DNA of 64,000 nucleotides from an uncultured Lachnospiraceae bacterium (GCA_964368425.1 CAYJAP010000001.1:15522-79521), one strand, 5' to 3'; shown: positions 38,243 through 48,550, numbered from the stretch's first letter. The notes: generated by a model not told the origin, from the letters alone. Numbers and translations: made by a program.

Positions 38243-39781
38243 ATGGAACTACTACAATTTATAAATAAAAAAACTAAGGACAAGTATATCAATTTTAAAT
38301 TGATTAGTGTTTTATATAACGAGAAAACAAATACTAGCACCTTTAAATTCTCACATTTAGAAGATGTCAGTGAAGAACAGCGTAAGGAAGTATCTCAGGT
38401 TATATCTGAGTATCTTGAGAATGATTCAAAGGTTGTAGTTAAGTTTTCTAAAGCTTTTATGGATGAAGAAATTTGTTCTATATTCATAAAAAAGTATATT
38501 AAAGACAACTATCCTAACGTCATATCGTCGTTAGAAAATAAAAATATTAACATTGAACAACAGGGAAATGATATAGCTGCGTCGTTATGGTTTCCTAGAA
38601 TTTTTTATAATTTTTTGCAGTCAAAAAATTTTGTGAGAGAGATAGAAAAAGCCTTTTCTACAAGATATTTTGAGAATCTGCATGTTCATATTTACATAAT
38701 AGACGAGCAGTCGCTGGCTGACGATTTGGAAGAATGGAGACAGCAGATTGATATGCAGACACAAATCGAGGAAGATAATATCCCTCGGTACAAAGTTGCC
38801 GCTATCGAGAAGTTTGTTGGGGAGACTATTAACAACTATGTTTTACCTATAAAATCTATAGAAAAAACTATGTTAGGTACAATCATAGCTGGTAGAATAA
38901 AAAACTTTCAGATAAAATCATTTGTAAGAAAAAACAAAAAGAACGAAGAGGTTGAGAGAGAATATTTTTCGTTTATTTTAGAAGATGAAACGAGTAGTAT
39001 AGACTGTGTTTTTTTTCCTAACAAAAGTAACGTAGCTAAAATGAGAACTCTCACCGATGGGCAAGAAGTTGTTCTACACGGAGATGCCGAAGTTTATAAC
39101 TCCAGATACAGTTTTAAAATCAAAAATATATCGCTTTGTGAATTATTGCCTATCCCGCAAACAGTTGTATATAAAGGTGCAAATCCAGAGTACATAAATA
39201 TTAGGCCTCAGCCTTATATAAGTTTACAACAGGCAAATTTATTTGATTTAGCGGAAGCCGTTCCTCAATATTTGTTGGACAATGATTTGCTTGTTTTTGA
39301 CTTAGAAACTACTGGTCTGAATCCTATAGAAGACGAAATTGTGGAGGTTGGTGCAGTTAAGATCTCTCAAGGAAAGATTGTAGAGACTTTCGAGACACTA
39401 GTTAAACCTCTCCAGATAATTCCTGAAGAAGTAATAAGAGTGCATGGCATTACTAACGCGATGGTAAAAGATGCTCCAGGTATAGAGAAAGTAATTCCTG
39501 ATTTCTATAAGTTTGCAGAGAATTGTGTGCTTATCGCATACAACATAGACTTTGATTTTCGCTTTCTCAATCATCAATCTACTAAACTGGGATACAAATT
39601 TTCCAACAAACAGATTGATGCTTTGATAGTAGCACGTACAGGGCTTCCTGGCTTAAAGAATTACAAGTTAAAGACAGTTGCGGAAGCTCTTAATGTCTCT
39701 CTTGAAAACGCTCACAGGGCAGTGCACGATGCTATAGCTACTGCTGAAGTTGTTATAAAATTAGGCAACAAACTATCTTAA
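38243..39781 (+). CDS. PolC-like N-terminal/OB-fold/DEDDh 3'-5' exonuclease protein lacking PHP and polymerase domains
   Basis: Exo I FDLETTGL, Exo II LIAYNIDFDFRFL and Exo III HRAVHDAIATAEV are in the C-terminal third. An OB-like segment covers residues ~205-300. The gene sits exactly where polC sits between rseP and rimP. Confidence 0.75.
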   Translation: MELLQFINKKTKDKYINFKLISVLYNEKTNTSTFKFSHLEDVSEEQRKEVSQVISEYLENDSKVVVKFSKAFMDEEICSIFIKKYIKDNYPNVISSLENKNINIEQQGNDIAASLWFPRIFYNFLQSKNFVREIEKAFSTRYFENLHVHIYIIDEQSLADDLEEWRQQIDMQTQIEEDNIPRYKVAAIEKFVGETINNYVLPIKSIEKTMLGTIIAGRIKNFQIKSFVRKNKKNEEVEREYFSFILEDETSSIDCVFFPNKSNVAKMRTLTDGQEVVLHGDAEVYNSRYSFKIKNISLCELLPIPQTVVYKGANPEYINIRPQPYISLQQANLFDLAEAVPQYLLDNDLLVFDLETTGLNPIEDEIVEVGAVKISQGKIVETFETLVKPLQIIPEEVIRVHGITNAMVKDAPGIEKVIPDFYKFAENCVLIAYNIDFDFRFLNHQSTKLGYKFSNKQIDALIVARTGLPGLKNYKLKTVAEALNVSLENAHRAVHDAIATAEVVIKLGNKLS

Positions 39782-39836
39782 CTCGTTAAATATTGATATA
39801 TTATATGTAAAAAACATAAACTTTTAATAAATTTCA

Positions 39837-39866
39837 TTGATTTTATCGCTTTATTTGTGGTATTAT
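39837..39866 (+). promoter_or_regulatory. Candidate sigma-A promoter for the rimP-nusA-infB operon
   Basis: TTGATT, 18 nt, TGg-TATTAT. Confidence 0.4.
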
Positions 39867-39887
39867 AATAATACTAATAGACTTTAC

Positions 39888-39927
39888 TTTGAGAGTGGGC
39901 AGGTAACCCACTCTTAAATTTAGTTTA
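39888..39927 (+). promoter_or_regulatory. Leader hairpin with interrupted U-tract upstream of rimP-nusA (candidate attenuator)
   Basis: 12-bp stem TTTGAGAGTGGG (39888-99) / CCCACTCTTAAA (39907-18), loop caggtaa, followed by TTTAGTTTA. Confidence 0.5.
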
Positions 39928-39952
39928 AAGGTAGTAGATGAGGAGTTCGGTT

Positions 39953-40417
39953 ATGACGAATAAGCAAGTGGTGGAATTAGCTGAGAAGACGCTAACACCA
40001 ATCATAAATAAGATAGGGTACGACGTTGTAGAGATTGAATATAAAAAGCAGCACGACAGTATGGTTTTGATAATCTATATAGACAACGACAGCGGCATCA
40101 GCTTAGATGATTGTGAGAAAGTTTCGGAGGCAGTTTCAGATATACTAGATGAGATAGATGTTTCTCAAGGACAGTCCTATAGCCTAAATGTATCTTCATC
40201 GGGGGCGGACAGACCACTTAAGACTGAACGTGATTACAGAAAGAATTTAGGCAAAGAAGTTGAGGTGAAGTTATTTGCACCGCTAAAGGGACAGAAGACT
40301 TTTAAAGGTACATTAAAAGAGTTTTCCAGTCAGCAAATTACAATCGGGTTAGAAAAAGAAGATATAAAAATAGAAAAAACGAAAATAGCAAAAATAGTTC
40401 CAGTAATTAATTTTTAA
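39953..40417 (+). CDS. rimP: Ribosome maturation factor RimP
   Basis: ~154 aa, conserved slot before nusA. A GAGGAG RBS supports ATG 39953. Confidence 0.88.
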   Translation: MTNKQVVELAEKTLTPIINKIGYDVVEIEYKKQHDSMVLIIYIDNDSGISLDDCEKVSEAVSDILDEIDVSQGQSYSLNVSSSGADRPLKTERDYRKNLGKEVEVKLFAPLKGQKTFKGTLKEFSSQQITIGLEKEDIKIEKTKIAKIVPVINF

Positions 40418-40438
40418 CAATTTAAGGAGAAAAATAAA

Positions 40439-41521
40439 ATGGTAAATAAAGATTTCTTTCAGGCATTAGAAGATTTAGAAACACAAAAAGGAATAAATAA
40501 AGAGTTTTTTATTAATGCTCTAGAAAATGCATTGACTAGTGCATACAAGAAAAATTTTGGAGAGGCTAAAAATGCGTTTGTAAAACTTTCTCCAGAGAAG
40601 AATACAATTAGAGTTTATTCCTACAAGACAATTGTGGATGAGGTTGAAGATAGTGATAAAGAGGTTTCTTTGGCAGAGGCTAAGACAATCAAAAAGAGCT
40701 ACAAGGTAGGCGACATTATTACAAACGAAGAGATGCCAAAGAACTTTGGTAGAATTGCAGCACAGACAGCGAAACAAGTTGTGATGCAGAGATTGCGTGA
40801 GGCAGAACGTGACAAAATCATGGAAGAAATCAATAACAAGCAAGATGAGCTTGTGACCGGCATTGTGCGTAGAGTTGAGGGCGATAACGTGTACGTTGAC
40901 TTAGGGCTTACGCAGGTTGAGGGTGTGCTTAACGCTCGTGACAGAATAGGGAACGAGAGATTTAATCCACATACCAGAATAAAAGTTTACGTAAGAGCTG
41001 TTAAAGAAGGTTATAACATGCCTTATGTTCAGTTGAGTAGAGCGAACATTGGTTTTGTAAGAAAGTTATTTGAGCTTGAGGTTCCAGAAATACAATCGGG
41101 TGAAGTTGAAATCAAGAACATTGTTAGAGAGCCAGGGTACCGTACTAAGATTGCAGTTCACAGCGATAATGAAAATATAGACAGTGTTGGCGCTTGTGTG
41201 GGAAATAGAGGAATGAGAGTTAATTCAATTGTTTCAGAACTAAATGGAGAAAAAGTAGATATAATAAAGTGGAGCGAGAATCCAGCTGAGTTCATAGCAG
41301 CATCCTTAAGCCCAGCGACAGTATCACAGGTAAGATTAGATGTTGTTAACAGAACATCACTTGCAGTAGTTCCAGATGATAAGTTATCGTTGGCGATAGG
41401 TAAGAACGGACAGAACGTTCGTCTAGCAGCTAAGTTAACGGGCTGGAAGATTGATGTAAAACCAAAATCTGCAATGCAAGATTCGTTTGAAGAGGAAAAC
41501 TCAGCTGACGACGAAGAGTAA
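40439..41521 (+). CDS. nusA: Transcription termination/antitermination factor NusA
   Basis: N-terminal domain, S1 (GIVRRVEGDNVYVDLG) and two KH domains (GACVGNRGMRV, LAIGKNGQNVRLA). Confidence 0.95.
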   Translation: MVNKDFFQALEDLETQKGINKEFFINALENALTSAYKKNFGEAKNAFVKLSPEKNTIRVYSYKTIVDEVEDSDKEVSLAEAKTIKKSYKVGDIITNEEMPKNFGRIAAQTAKQVVMQRLREAERDKIMEEINNKQDELVTGIVRRVEGDNVYVDLGLTQVEGVLNARDRIGNERFNPHTRIKVYVRAVKEGYNMPYVQLSRANIGFVRKLFELEVPEIQSGEVEIKNIVREPGYRTKIAVHSDNENIDSVGACVGNRGMRVNSIVSELNGEKVDIIKWSENPAEFIAASLSPATVSQVRLDVVNRTSLAVVPDDKLSLAIGKNGQNVRLAAKLTGWKIDVKPKSAMQDSFEEENSADDEE

Positions 41522-41530
41522 GAGGTGGGT

Positions 41531-41788
41531 ATGCAAAAAAGAGTTCCTGAAAGAATGTGTGTGGTTTGCAGAAAAAGGGCTCCAAAACTAGACATGATTC
41601 GAGTAGTAAAACAAGATGATAATATAGTTATAGACGATACAGGAAAAATGAACGGACGAGGGGCTTACATTTGTAAAAATAGTGAATGTCTACAGAAATG
41701 TGTGAAAACAAAATCATTTAACCGTTCATATAAAAGAAATTTACCAAATGATATATACGAAAGTATTCAGAATAAAATAGGAAAATAA
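41531..41788 (+). CDS. ylxR: YlxR (RnpM/DUF448) RNA-binding protein
   Basis: PERMCVVCR...GRGAYIC motif, ~85 aa, between nusA and infB. Confidence 0.9.
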   Translation: MQKRVPERMCVVCRKRAPKLDMIRVVKQDDNIVIDDTGKMNGRGAYICKNSECLQKCVKTKSFNRSYKRNLPNDIYESIQNKIGK

Positions 41789-41807
41789 AGAGAAGAGGTA
41801 CTTTTAA

Positions 41808-44513
41808 TTGGAAAAAAAGAAAGTCGTAAAAGATTCTAGTCCATTCGATAGTCTAAAAAATTTGAATGCAGTAGTATCAAAAAATGAAATTGTTTCAATG
41901 TTAAACAATTTACAAAAAATTAGACAAAATTTAGACGGTATGTTGCATAACGTACGTACGTCTTTGTCGTCAAAGAGGATTGATACAAAACCTGCTGTAG
42001 AAGAAACTGTGCCAGTTAAAGCTATTGATGAAAATATCCATGCAAAGAAAGACACAGTTGTTTCGCACGAAACACAAAACTCAGATTTCAGAGAAGATAA
42101 GCGTAGACCGTCTTTTACTCCAAATTCAGATAATATGAACAGACAGAGGACTTTTGAAAAGAAACCTTTTACACCACGACCTTTTGATAGAACTTCAAGC
42201 GATGGCAAACCGTACACTCGACCACAATATGATAGGCCTCAGGGAGATAGACCACAACAGACAGGTGGACCAAGGTCGCAGTATGACAGACCGCAGTATG
42301 GTGATAGACCGCAGTATGGTGATAGACAACCGTTCCAAAGAACAGGACAGTATGGAGATAAGAAGCCTCCTTTTAATAGACAGCCTTATGGCGATAGAAA
42401 GCCATTTAGCACAGATAAACCTGGGTTCAGATCAGATAGACCAAATTTCCAGCCAGCATTTAAGAGGGGAGATAAACCAGAGTTTGATAGATCATCCACA
42501 GGCTCTGCTAGACCGTTTAAGCCGAGTACCGCAGTTGCTTCTGATGCTTTGTTTAATAAGAATAAAAATGAGAGAACGTTAGGTAGTAAACAGAAAGATA
42601 TTAAAAATGACGGTCTTGAAAGAAAGGCTTTGAATAAAAAAGCCAAGATAAGAATGGGTTATATTGTAGAAAACTTTGAGGACGAAGACGAAGAAAGAAT
42701 CGGAAGAGTTCGTATCAAAGGAAAGAAAAAAGAAGTTAGAGGAAGTAAAAAAGAGCGACAAGTGAGTGCTACAATCACCACTGACAACCTTACTATAAAA
42801 ATATTAGCGGAAGCTATAGGTAGACCAGTTACGGATATCGTGAAAAAAGGAATGATTCTGGGCTTGATGTTGACGATAAATAGTCCTATAGATTTTGAGA
42901 CGGCGGAATTATTAGCCGGCGAGCTTGGTGTTACACTCGATAAAAAGAAAGAAAAAACAATTGAAGAGCTTTTAGTTGAAGAATTTGCTACAGCGTCTAC
43001 GAATAACAAAGTTAGACCTCCAATTGTAACTGTTATGGGTCACGTTGACCATGGTAAGACTTCTTTGTTAGACAGTATTAAAAAGACAAATGTTAGTGCT
43101 TCCGAGGCTGGTGGAATTACCCAGCATATCGGTGCTTATACCATCACTGTTAACGGTGATAAAATAACGTTCATCGATACTCCTGGACATGAGGCGTTTA
43201 CCTCGATGAGAGCTCGTGGTGCACAAATTACCGACGTTGCTATTTTAGTTGTAGCAGCCGATGATGGTATTATGCCTCAAACAGTTGAAGCTATAAAACA
43301 TATAAAAGAAGCCAAAGTTCCGATGGTTGTTGCTATTAATAAGATGGATAAAGCAGAGGCTAATCCAGACAGAATAAAACAACAGTTAACAGAACACAAT
43401 GTTATCCCAGAAGAGTGGGGTGGCGACGCTATGTGTATACCTGTATCAGCGTTGACCGGTAAAGGTATTGATAAACTGCTAGAGGCGGTGTTGTTAGTAG
43501 CCGAAGTTGCTGATTTACAAGCAGATGCATCTCGAAAGGGTACAGGTGTAGTAGTTGAAAGTAAAGTAGATAAAGGCAGAGGAGTAGTAGCAACTATTCT
43601 TGTGAAAGATGGAAGTTTAAACATTGGGGATTACGTGTTAGTAGGAACTTCGCAAGGAAGAATCAGGGCGATGGTAGACTATAAGGGAGCAACTGTAAAA
43701 GTAGCTTCTCCAAGTGATGCGGTGTCTGTACTTGGGCTGGACAGTGTTCCAGATGCGGGAGAAATTGCATACGTGACTGATGAGAAAACTGCAAAGGCAG
43801 TTATTTCAGAAAGACTAAGTGAGATAGCTCATCAAAAGACTATGACTAAAACTGCTATTAACATCGAAGAATTCCTGGCTACGAACATTAATGAACAGTT
43901 AAAGCACTTTAATATATTAATTAAAGCCGACGTTCAGGGTTCTGTAGAGGCGGTAAGGGATACTTTAACCAGTCTAAAGAATGAAGAGGTTAAGGTGGAT
44001 TGTGTTCACAGTGCGGTGGGCAACATTAACGAAAGCGACGTGTTACTTGCTCAGGCTAGTAACGCTGTGATCATAGCGTTTAACGTGAAAACAGAGGCAA
44101 AAGCTAAATTATTAGCAGAGAAAGATGATGTAGTTATCAAAGACTATAAGGTAATATATGAGGCGGTTGACTTTATACAAGAAAAAATTGATTCCATGTT
44201 AACTCCTATATTCGAAGAAAAAGAAACCGGAAGAGCAGAAATTCGTAAAATATTTACTATAAGCAGTTTGGGATCAATAGCAGGCTGTTATGTTCTTAGT
44301 GGGTTCATTACCAGAAACAGTAAGGCTAAGTTGCTACGTGGAAACGAAGAAATGGTTGATTCAGTGATCGAGAACCTACAACAAGGTAAAGACAATGCGA
44401 AGCAGGTTAAAGAGGGCTTTGAATGTGGTATTAAACTAAAGAGTTTTAATGATATAAAAGAGTTAGATATTATTCAAACATATGAATTGGTTCAGGTAAA
44501 AAGAGGGAAATAA
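41808..44513 (+). CDS. infB: Translation initiation factor IF-2
   Basis: G domain [24 protein letters not shown] and NKMDK motifs, repeat-rich N-terminal region. The TTG start at 41808 is tentative. Confidence 0.93.
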   Translation: MEKKKVVKDSSPFDSLKNLNAVVSKNEIVSMLNNLQKIRQNLDGMLHNVRTSLSSKRIDTKPAVEETVPVKAIDENIHAKKDTVVSHETQNSDFREDKRRPSFTPNSDNMNRQRTFEKKPFTPRPFDRTSSDGKPYTRPQYDRPQGDRPQQTGGPRSQYDRPQYGDRPQYGDRQPFQRTGQYGDKKPPFNRQPYGDRKPFSTDKPGFRSDRPNFQPAFKRGDKPEFDRSSTGSARPFKPSTAVASDALFNKNKNERTLGSKQKDIKNDGLERKALNKKAKIRMGYIVENFEDEDEERIGRVRIKGKKKEVRGSKKERQVSATITTDNLTIKILAEAIGRPVTDIVKKGMILGLMLTINSPIDFETAELLAGELGVTLDKKKEKTIEELLVEEFATASTNNKVRPPIVTVMGHVDHGKTSLLDSIKKTNVSASEAGGITQHIGAYTITVNGDKITFIDTPGHEAFTSMRARGAQITDVAILVVAADDGIMPQTVEAIKHIKEAKVPMVVAINKMDKAEANPDRIKQQLTEHNVIPEEWGGDAMCIPVSALTGKGIDKLLEAVLLVAEVADLQADASRKGTGVVVESKVDKGRGVVATILVKDGSLNIGDYVLVGTSQGRIRAMVDYKGATVKVASPSDAVSVLGLDSVPDAGEIAYVTDEKTAKAVISERLSEIAHQKTMTKTAINIEEFLATNINEQLKHFNILIKADVQGSVEAVRDTLTSLKNEEVKVDCVHSAVGNINESDVLLAQASNAVIIAFNVKTEAKAKLLAEKDDVVIKDYKVIYEAVDFIQEKIDSMLTPIFEEKETGRAEIRKIFTISSLGSIAGCYVLSGFITRNSKAKLLRGNEEMVDSVIENLQQGKDNAKQVKEGFECGIKLKSFNDIKELDIIQTYELVQVKRGK
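42288..42323 (+). repeat. Perfect 18-bp tandem duplication inside infB (DRPQYG x2) within a broader R/P/Q/D/G/F-rich region (~42190-42520)
   Basis: AGACCGCAGTATGGTGAT occurs twice back-to-back. Degenerate copies flank it. Confidence 0.9.
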
Positions 44514-44869
44514 TGAGTAATAGAATAAAAGTAATAAATTCTGAAATACAGAAAGTATTAAGTAATATTATTATGCAGGAAGTGAAAAATCCTAAAATTA
44601 CTGGTATCATAAGTGTTGCTTCAGTTGAAACAACAAAAGATTTGGAGTTTGCAAAAGTTTTAGTTAGCATATTCACAAAAGATGATAAAGAAGACGTTTT
44701 GAACGAGATTAAACATTCAGCAGGATTTATTAGAAAACAGCTAAGTCAGAAATTGAACTTACGAAAAACACCTTATCTACAGTTCTATTTAGATACAAGT
44801 GCTGAGCATAACGATAAGATTGCTCAGGTGATATCTGAGATACAAAAAGAAAGGGAATCAAAAAAATGA
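44513..44869 (+). CDS. rbfA: Ribosome-binding factor A
   Basis: 118 aa, ...NPKITGIISVASVETTKDLEFAKV... Confidence 0.92.
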   Translation: MSNRIKVINSEIQKVLSNIIMQEVKNPKITGIISVASVETTKDLEFAKVLVSIFTKDDKEDVLNEIKHSAGFIRKQLSQKLNLRKTPYLQFYLDTSAEHNDKIAQVISEIQKERESKK

Positions 44870-45816
44870 AAATTAATTCTGAAGTTATTTCGTCAATTAA
44901 AGAGGCTAACAACATCGCTCTCTTTATACATATAAAGCCGGATGGTGATTGTATAGGTAGTGCGATTGCTTTGCAGTTAGCTCTTGCAAAAATGGGTAAA
45001 AAGTCTGACATATTTTGTGACGACATTATAACTTCATCTTTCGATTTTATGAAAACCATTTCAGATATAAATGCTCCTAAAATACCTAAATATGATTTGG
45101 CCATTGCTCTAGACACAACTCCACAAAGCAGAATGGGAAAGCACCAGGAGTTGTTTAAATCTATCGCAAAAACAATAAAAATAGACCACCATATGGGTGT
45201 AGATAATTACGCAAACATAAATTTTGTAGAGCACGTATCTAGCGTGGGATTTATCATGTATTACCTAATAAAAGAATTGGATGTTGCTATAAATCAAGAT
45301 ATAGCGACCGCTCTTTATACTGCGATAGCATCTGATACTGGTTGTTTTCAACACGGAAATACTACTGCAACAGACCATGAAATTGCTGCCGAATTAATCA
45401 AAACAGGATTCGATTTGGAGCAGGTCAACAATAAGATATTTAAAATGACAGACAAAAGACAGTTAGAGTTAAAGAAAAAAGCATTAACAAGTCTTAAATT
45501 TTTCCTTAACGATAAGCTAGCAATTATGTCATTGACCGAAAGAGATTTCAATGATACTGACACGACGATCAATGATACACATTCAATAATAGATTTAATC
45601 GCGATCATCGACGGCTGCGAGGCTAGTATCATGATGAGTGAGTTTCAAAGAGGAGTCTATAAGTGCAGTGTTCGCTCTATAGGCAAAGATACGGCACTAC
45701 GTATAGCAGAAAGTTTCGGTGGTGGTGGACATGGACAAAGTGCAGGGTTTAGGGTATATGGAGGTCTACACTCAGCAATAGCTAAGATTATAAAAGCTTG
45801 TGAGAAAATTGTATGA
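44866..45816 (+). CDS. nrnA: DHH-family phosphoesterase (NrnA-like oligoribonuclease/pAp phosphatase)
   Basis: DGDCIGSA, DHH (KIDHHMG) and C-terminal GGGH (DHHA1) motifs. Confidence 0.88.
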   Translation: MKINSEVISSIKEANNIALFIHIKPDGDCIGSAIALQLALAKMGKKSDIFCDDIITSSFDFMKTISDINAPKIPKYDLAIALDTTPQSRMGKHQELFKSIAKTIKIDHHMGVDNYANINFVEHVSSVGFIMYYLIKELDVAINQDIATALYTAIASDTGCFQHGNTTATDHEIAAELIKTGFDLEQVNNKIFKMTDKRQLELKKKALTSLKFFLNDKLAIMSLTERDFNDTDTTINDTHSIIDLIAIIDGCEASIMMSEFQRGVYKCSVRSIGKDTALRIAESFGGGGHGQSAGFRVYGGLHSAIAKIIKACEKIV

Positions 45817-46670
45817 TTGGATTTTTAAATATAAATAAGCCAACGGGAAAGACCAGTAGCAATATAGTGGTTGCTGTTCGTAAAATATTGGGACGGCAAA
45901 AAATCGGGCATATGGGAACGCTCGATCCTATGGCGAGTGGTGTACTGCCAATAGCTGTTGGTAAAGCTACACGACTATTTGACTATTTTCAGGACAAGAA
46001 AAAAGAGTATATAGCAGTGTTTGAATTTGGGTACGAAACAGATACTCTTGATATAACAGGAGAGATTCAGCGACAGACTGACATCATTCCGACTGAGAAA
46101 CAGATTCGTGAAGTTCTTCCTTTGTTTTGCGGAAAAATATCTCAGATTCCTCCGCAGTATAGCGCTAAAAGCGTTGATGGTGTGAGAGTATACAAACTTG
46201 CAAGACAAGGTATTGAAGTGCAGCTACAGCCTAAAGAAGTAGAAATTTATTCTTTTGATTTGTTAGAAAAATTAAGTAAAAACACGTTCCGTTTCAGAAT
46301 CGTTTGCTCGAGTGGCACGTACATTCGTAGTTTATGTAGAGATATAGCACACCAGCTATCTTCGCTGGCTAGTATGAGTTTTTTGGAAAGGACATCGACA
46401 GGAATTTTCACTATAGAACAAGCTGTCCAACTACAGGATTTGAGTGTAGATAATATTTTAGACAAGCTATTGCCTGTTACTGAAGTTTTTAAAGGTTTCC
46501 CGAAGATAGATATTGATGAGCGACAGTTACACGATTTATCTAGTGGAAAAAGTATAGAAGTGCAACAAGAAGATTGTGAAAATATTTTTGTAATTTTCAA
46601 TACTGAGATTGTTGGAGTGGGAAGGATAGAAAATAATCTATTACAATTGAAAACATATTTATATGGTTAA
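45813..46670 (+). CDS. truB: tRNA pseudouridine55 synthase TruB
   Basis: LNINKPTGKTSS and GHMGTLDPMASGVL (catalytic Asp) motifs. Confidence 0.94.
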   Translation: MIGFLNINKPTGKTSSNIVVAVRKILGRQKIGHMGTLDPMASGVLPIAVGKATRLFDYFQDKKKEYIAVFEFGYETDTLDITGEIQRQTDIIPTEKQIREVLPLFCGKISQIPPQYSAKSVDGVRVYKLARQGIEVQLQPKEVEIYSFDLLEKLSKNTFRFRIVCSSGTYIRSLCRDIAHQLSSLASMSFLERTSTGIFTIEQAVQLQDLSVDNILDKLLPVTEVFKGFPKIDIDERQLHDLSSGKSIEVQQEDCENIFVIFNTEIVGVGRIENNLLQLKTYLYG

Positions 46671-46681
46671 GGGTGGGATTT

Positions 46682-47527
46682 ATGATAAAATTTGGTCCAG
46701 CAGGAAACTGCAAAACCTTTTATGATGAAGGATATAAGAGAACATTAGAAGCTCCTAAATGGCTGAAAGAAAAGGGTTTAGATGCCTACGAATACTCTTT
46801 TGGCAGAGGTATTTTGTTGTCAGATGAAATGTCGAAAAGCATCGGTGAAGAATGTGCAAAATATGGCGTGGAGATAAGTGTACATGCTCCATACTTTATA
46901 AACTTTGCAAATCCCAGTGACGAAGAGGTTGAAAAGAGTTACGCGTACGTCATAAATAGTTTAAAAAAGCTCCGTTTGTTGGGTGGTAACAGACTAGTTG
47001 TACACACTGCATCTTGTGGAAAATCTGCCAGAGAAGATGCCATAAAGTTGGTATACAAAAGGTTAGAGATTTTGAAAAATAAAATAATCGAAAACGGCTT
47101 CGGAGATATGTGGATATGTCTGGAAACGATGGGAAAATCGGCTCAGATAGGGACTTATGAAGAGATAATTGATATGTGTAAAGTATATGATAAGTTCATG
47201 CCTACCTTCGACTTCGGTCATATAAATGCTCTAACAAATGGCGGTCTTAGAAGTAAAGAAGACTATGCAAAGATACTAGATTATTTAGCAAAAATCTTGC
47301 CTGACGAGCGGTCGAAAAATATACATGTCCATTTTAGCAAGATTGAGTATGCTGGTAAAGGTGAGATTAGACATCTTACATTAGAAGATGACAAGTACGG
47401 ACCAGAGTTTGAACCTCTTGCCCAGCTTCTTAAAGAGAGAAATATATCAGGGGTAATTATCTCAGAGTCAAAAGAATATATGGCTCGAGATGCTATAATT
47501 TTACAAGACATTTACAAGAACTCCTAA
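46682..47527 (+). CDS. Xylose-isomerase-like TIM-barrel protein, endonuclease IV-related
   Basis: ~281 aa with FGPAGN...VHAPYFINFANP...HTAS...FDFGH metal-ligand-like pattern. This is a family-level call only. Confidence 0.6.
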   Translation: MIKFGPAGNCKTFYDEGYKRTLEAPKWLKEKGLDAYEYSFGRGILLSDEMSKSIGEECAKYGVEISVHAPYFINFANPSDEEVEKSYAYVINSLKKLRLLGGNRLVVHTASCGKSAREDAIKLVYKRLEILKNKIIENGFGDMWICLETMGKSAQIGTYEEIIDMCKVYDKFMPTFDFGHINALTNGGLRSKEDYAKILDYLAKILPDERSKNIHVHFSKIEYAGKGEIRHLTLEDDKYGPEFEPLAQLLKERNISGVIISESKEYMARDAIILQDIYKNS

Positions 47528-47542
47528 ATATAGTAGTTATAC

Positions 47543-47582
47543 AAAAAACGACTAAATGTAAATTTTTAGTTGTTTTTTTTGG
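47543..47582 (+). terminator. Intrinsic terminator upstream of the spoIIIA operon
   Basis: 10-bp stem AACGACTAAA/TTTAGTTGTT (one G-U), 8-nt loop, T8. Confidence 0.75.
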
Positions 47583-47638
47583 CTTTTATATATGATAAAA
47601 CTTTGTCTCTGTAAATATATTACTCTAAAGGAGTTGCT

Positions 47639-48550
47639 ATGTTGCAGAATCTATTGCCAAATATTTTGTATGAAGCTATTAAACATGTGCCTTATGAAAG
47701 CCTGAATGAGATTCGTCTCAGGATAGGTAAGCCTGTTGTTGTAAATGTACAAGGCGAAAACATGTATTTGTGTGAAAGTGGTGTGAGTACAGAGAGAGAT
47801 AACGCTTTGATATGTAAAACGATCTACATAGATAAAATTCTTTTACAGGCTAGCAATAACTCCTTATACACTATCAACGACCAGCTGGTAAAGGGGTTTA
47901 TCAGCATTAAAGGTGGCGTGAGGATTGGGGTTGCGGGAGATGTTGTAACTGCTGAAGGCAACGTCCGCACTGTGAAAAATATATCCTCGTTAAATATAAG
48001 AATTCCACACGATATCAAGAATTGTAGTCTTAATTCGTATCTGCATTTAGTAAAAGACGGACAAGTACATAACACGCTTATTGTATCTGCTCCTGGTGCG
48101 GGAAAAACTACTTTCTTACGTGATTTAGCTGTGCAGATAGGTAAACGAGAAAAAAATTTGAACCTGCTGATTGTCGATGAGAGAAGTGAAATTAGTGGGT
48201 GTGGTTTGGAAGGTGGGCTTGACGTCGGCGAGAGTACGGATATATACACAAATTGTACGAAAACGTATGCGTTTGAGAACGGTATAAGAAGCATGAAACC
48301 AGACGTGATTTTGACTGACGAAATTAATTTGGACAAAGATCTAGTGGCAATCGAAAACGCCATGACCAGTGGTGTCAAGGTAATAGCGAGTATCCATGCT
48401 CACGGAATACAGGATTTAAAAAATAAGAAAAGTTTTTCACATATCCTGAACTCTCGACTCTTTACAAGGTTTGTTGTTCTAACTTGTGACAACGGTCCAG
48501 GAACTTTACAGGGGATATACAACGAAAATTTGAGTTGTATATATTGCTGA
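47639..48550 (+). CDS. spoIIIAA: Stage III sporulation protein AA (ATPase)
   Basis: Walker A SAPGAGKTTFLRD and Walker B LIVDERSE. First gene of an eight-gene spoIIIA-type operon. Confidence 0.92.
   Translation: MLQNLLPNILYEAIKHVPYESLNEIRLRIGKPVVVNVQGENMYLCESGVSTERDNALICKTIYIDKILLQASNNSLYTINDQLVKGFISIKGGVRIGVAGDVVTAEGNVRTVKNISSLNIRIPHDIKNCSLNSYLHLVKDGQVHNTLIVSAPGAGKTTFLRDLAVQIGKREKNLNLLIVDERSEISGCGLEGGLDVGESTDIYTNCTKTYAFENGIRSMKPDVILTDEINLDKDLVAIENAMTSGVKVIASIHAHGIQDLKNKKSFSHILNSRLFTRFVVLTCDNGPGTLQGIYNENLSCIYC

Noticed and set aside
42154-42582. 142-aa + strand ORF in an alternative frame inside infB.
   Set aside because: It lies entirely within the repeat-rich IF2 N-terminal region. Its repetitive DRSMVI-type sequence is a by-product of the repeats, and it has no RBS.
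47583-47638. Attempted to call sigma-E (spoIIIA) and sigma-F/G (spoIVB, 57508-57577) sporulation promoters.
   Set aside because: The matches to the Bacillus consensus hexamers were too weak and ambiguous to report as features. These need TSS data.
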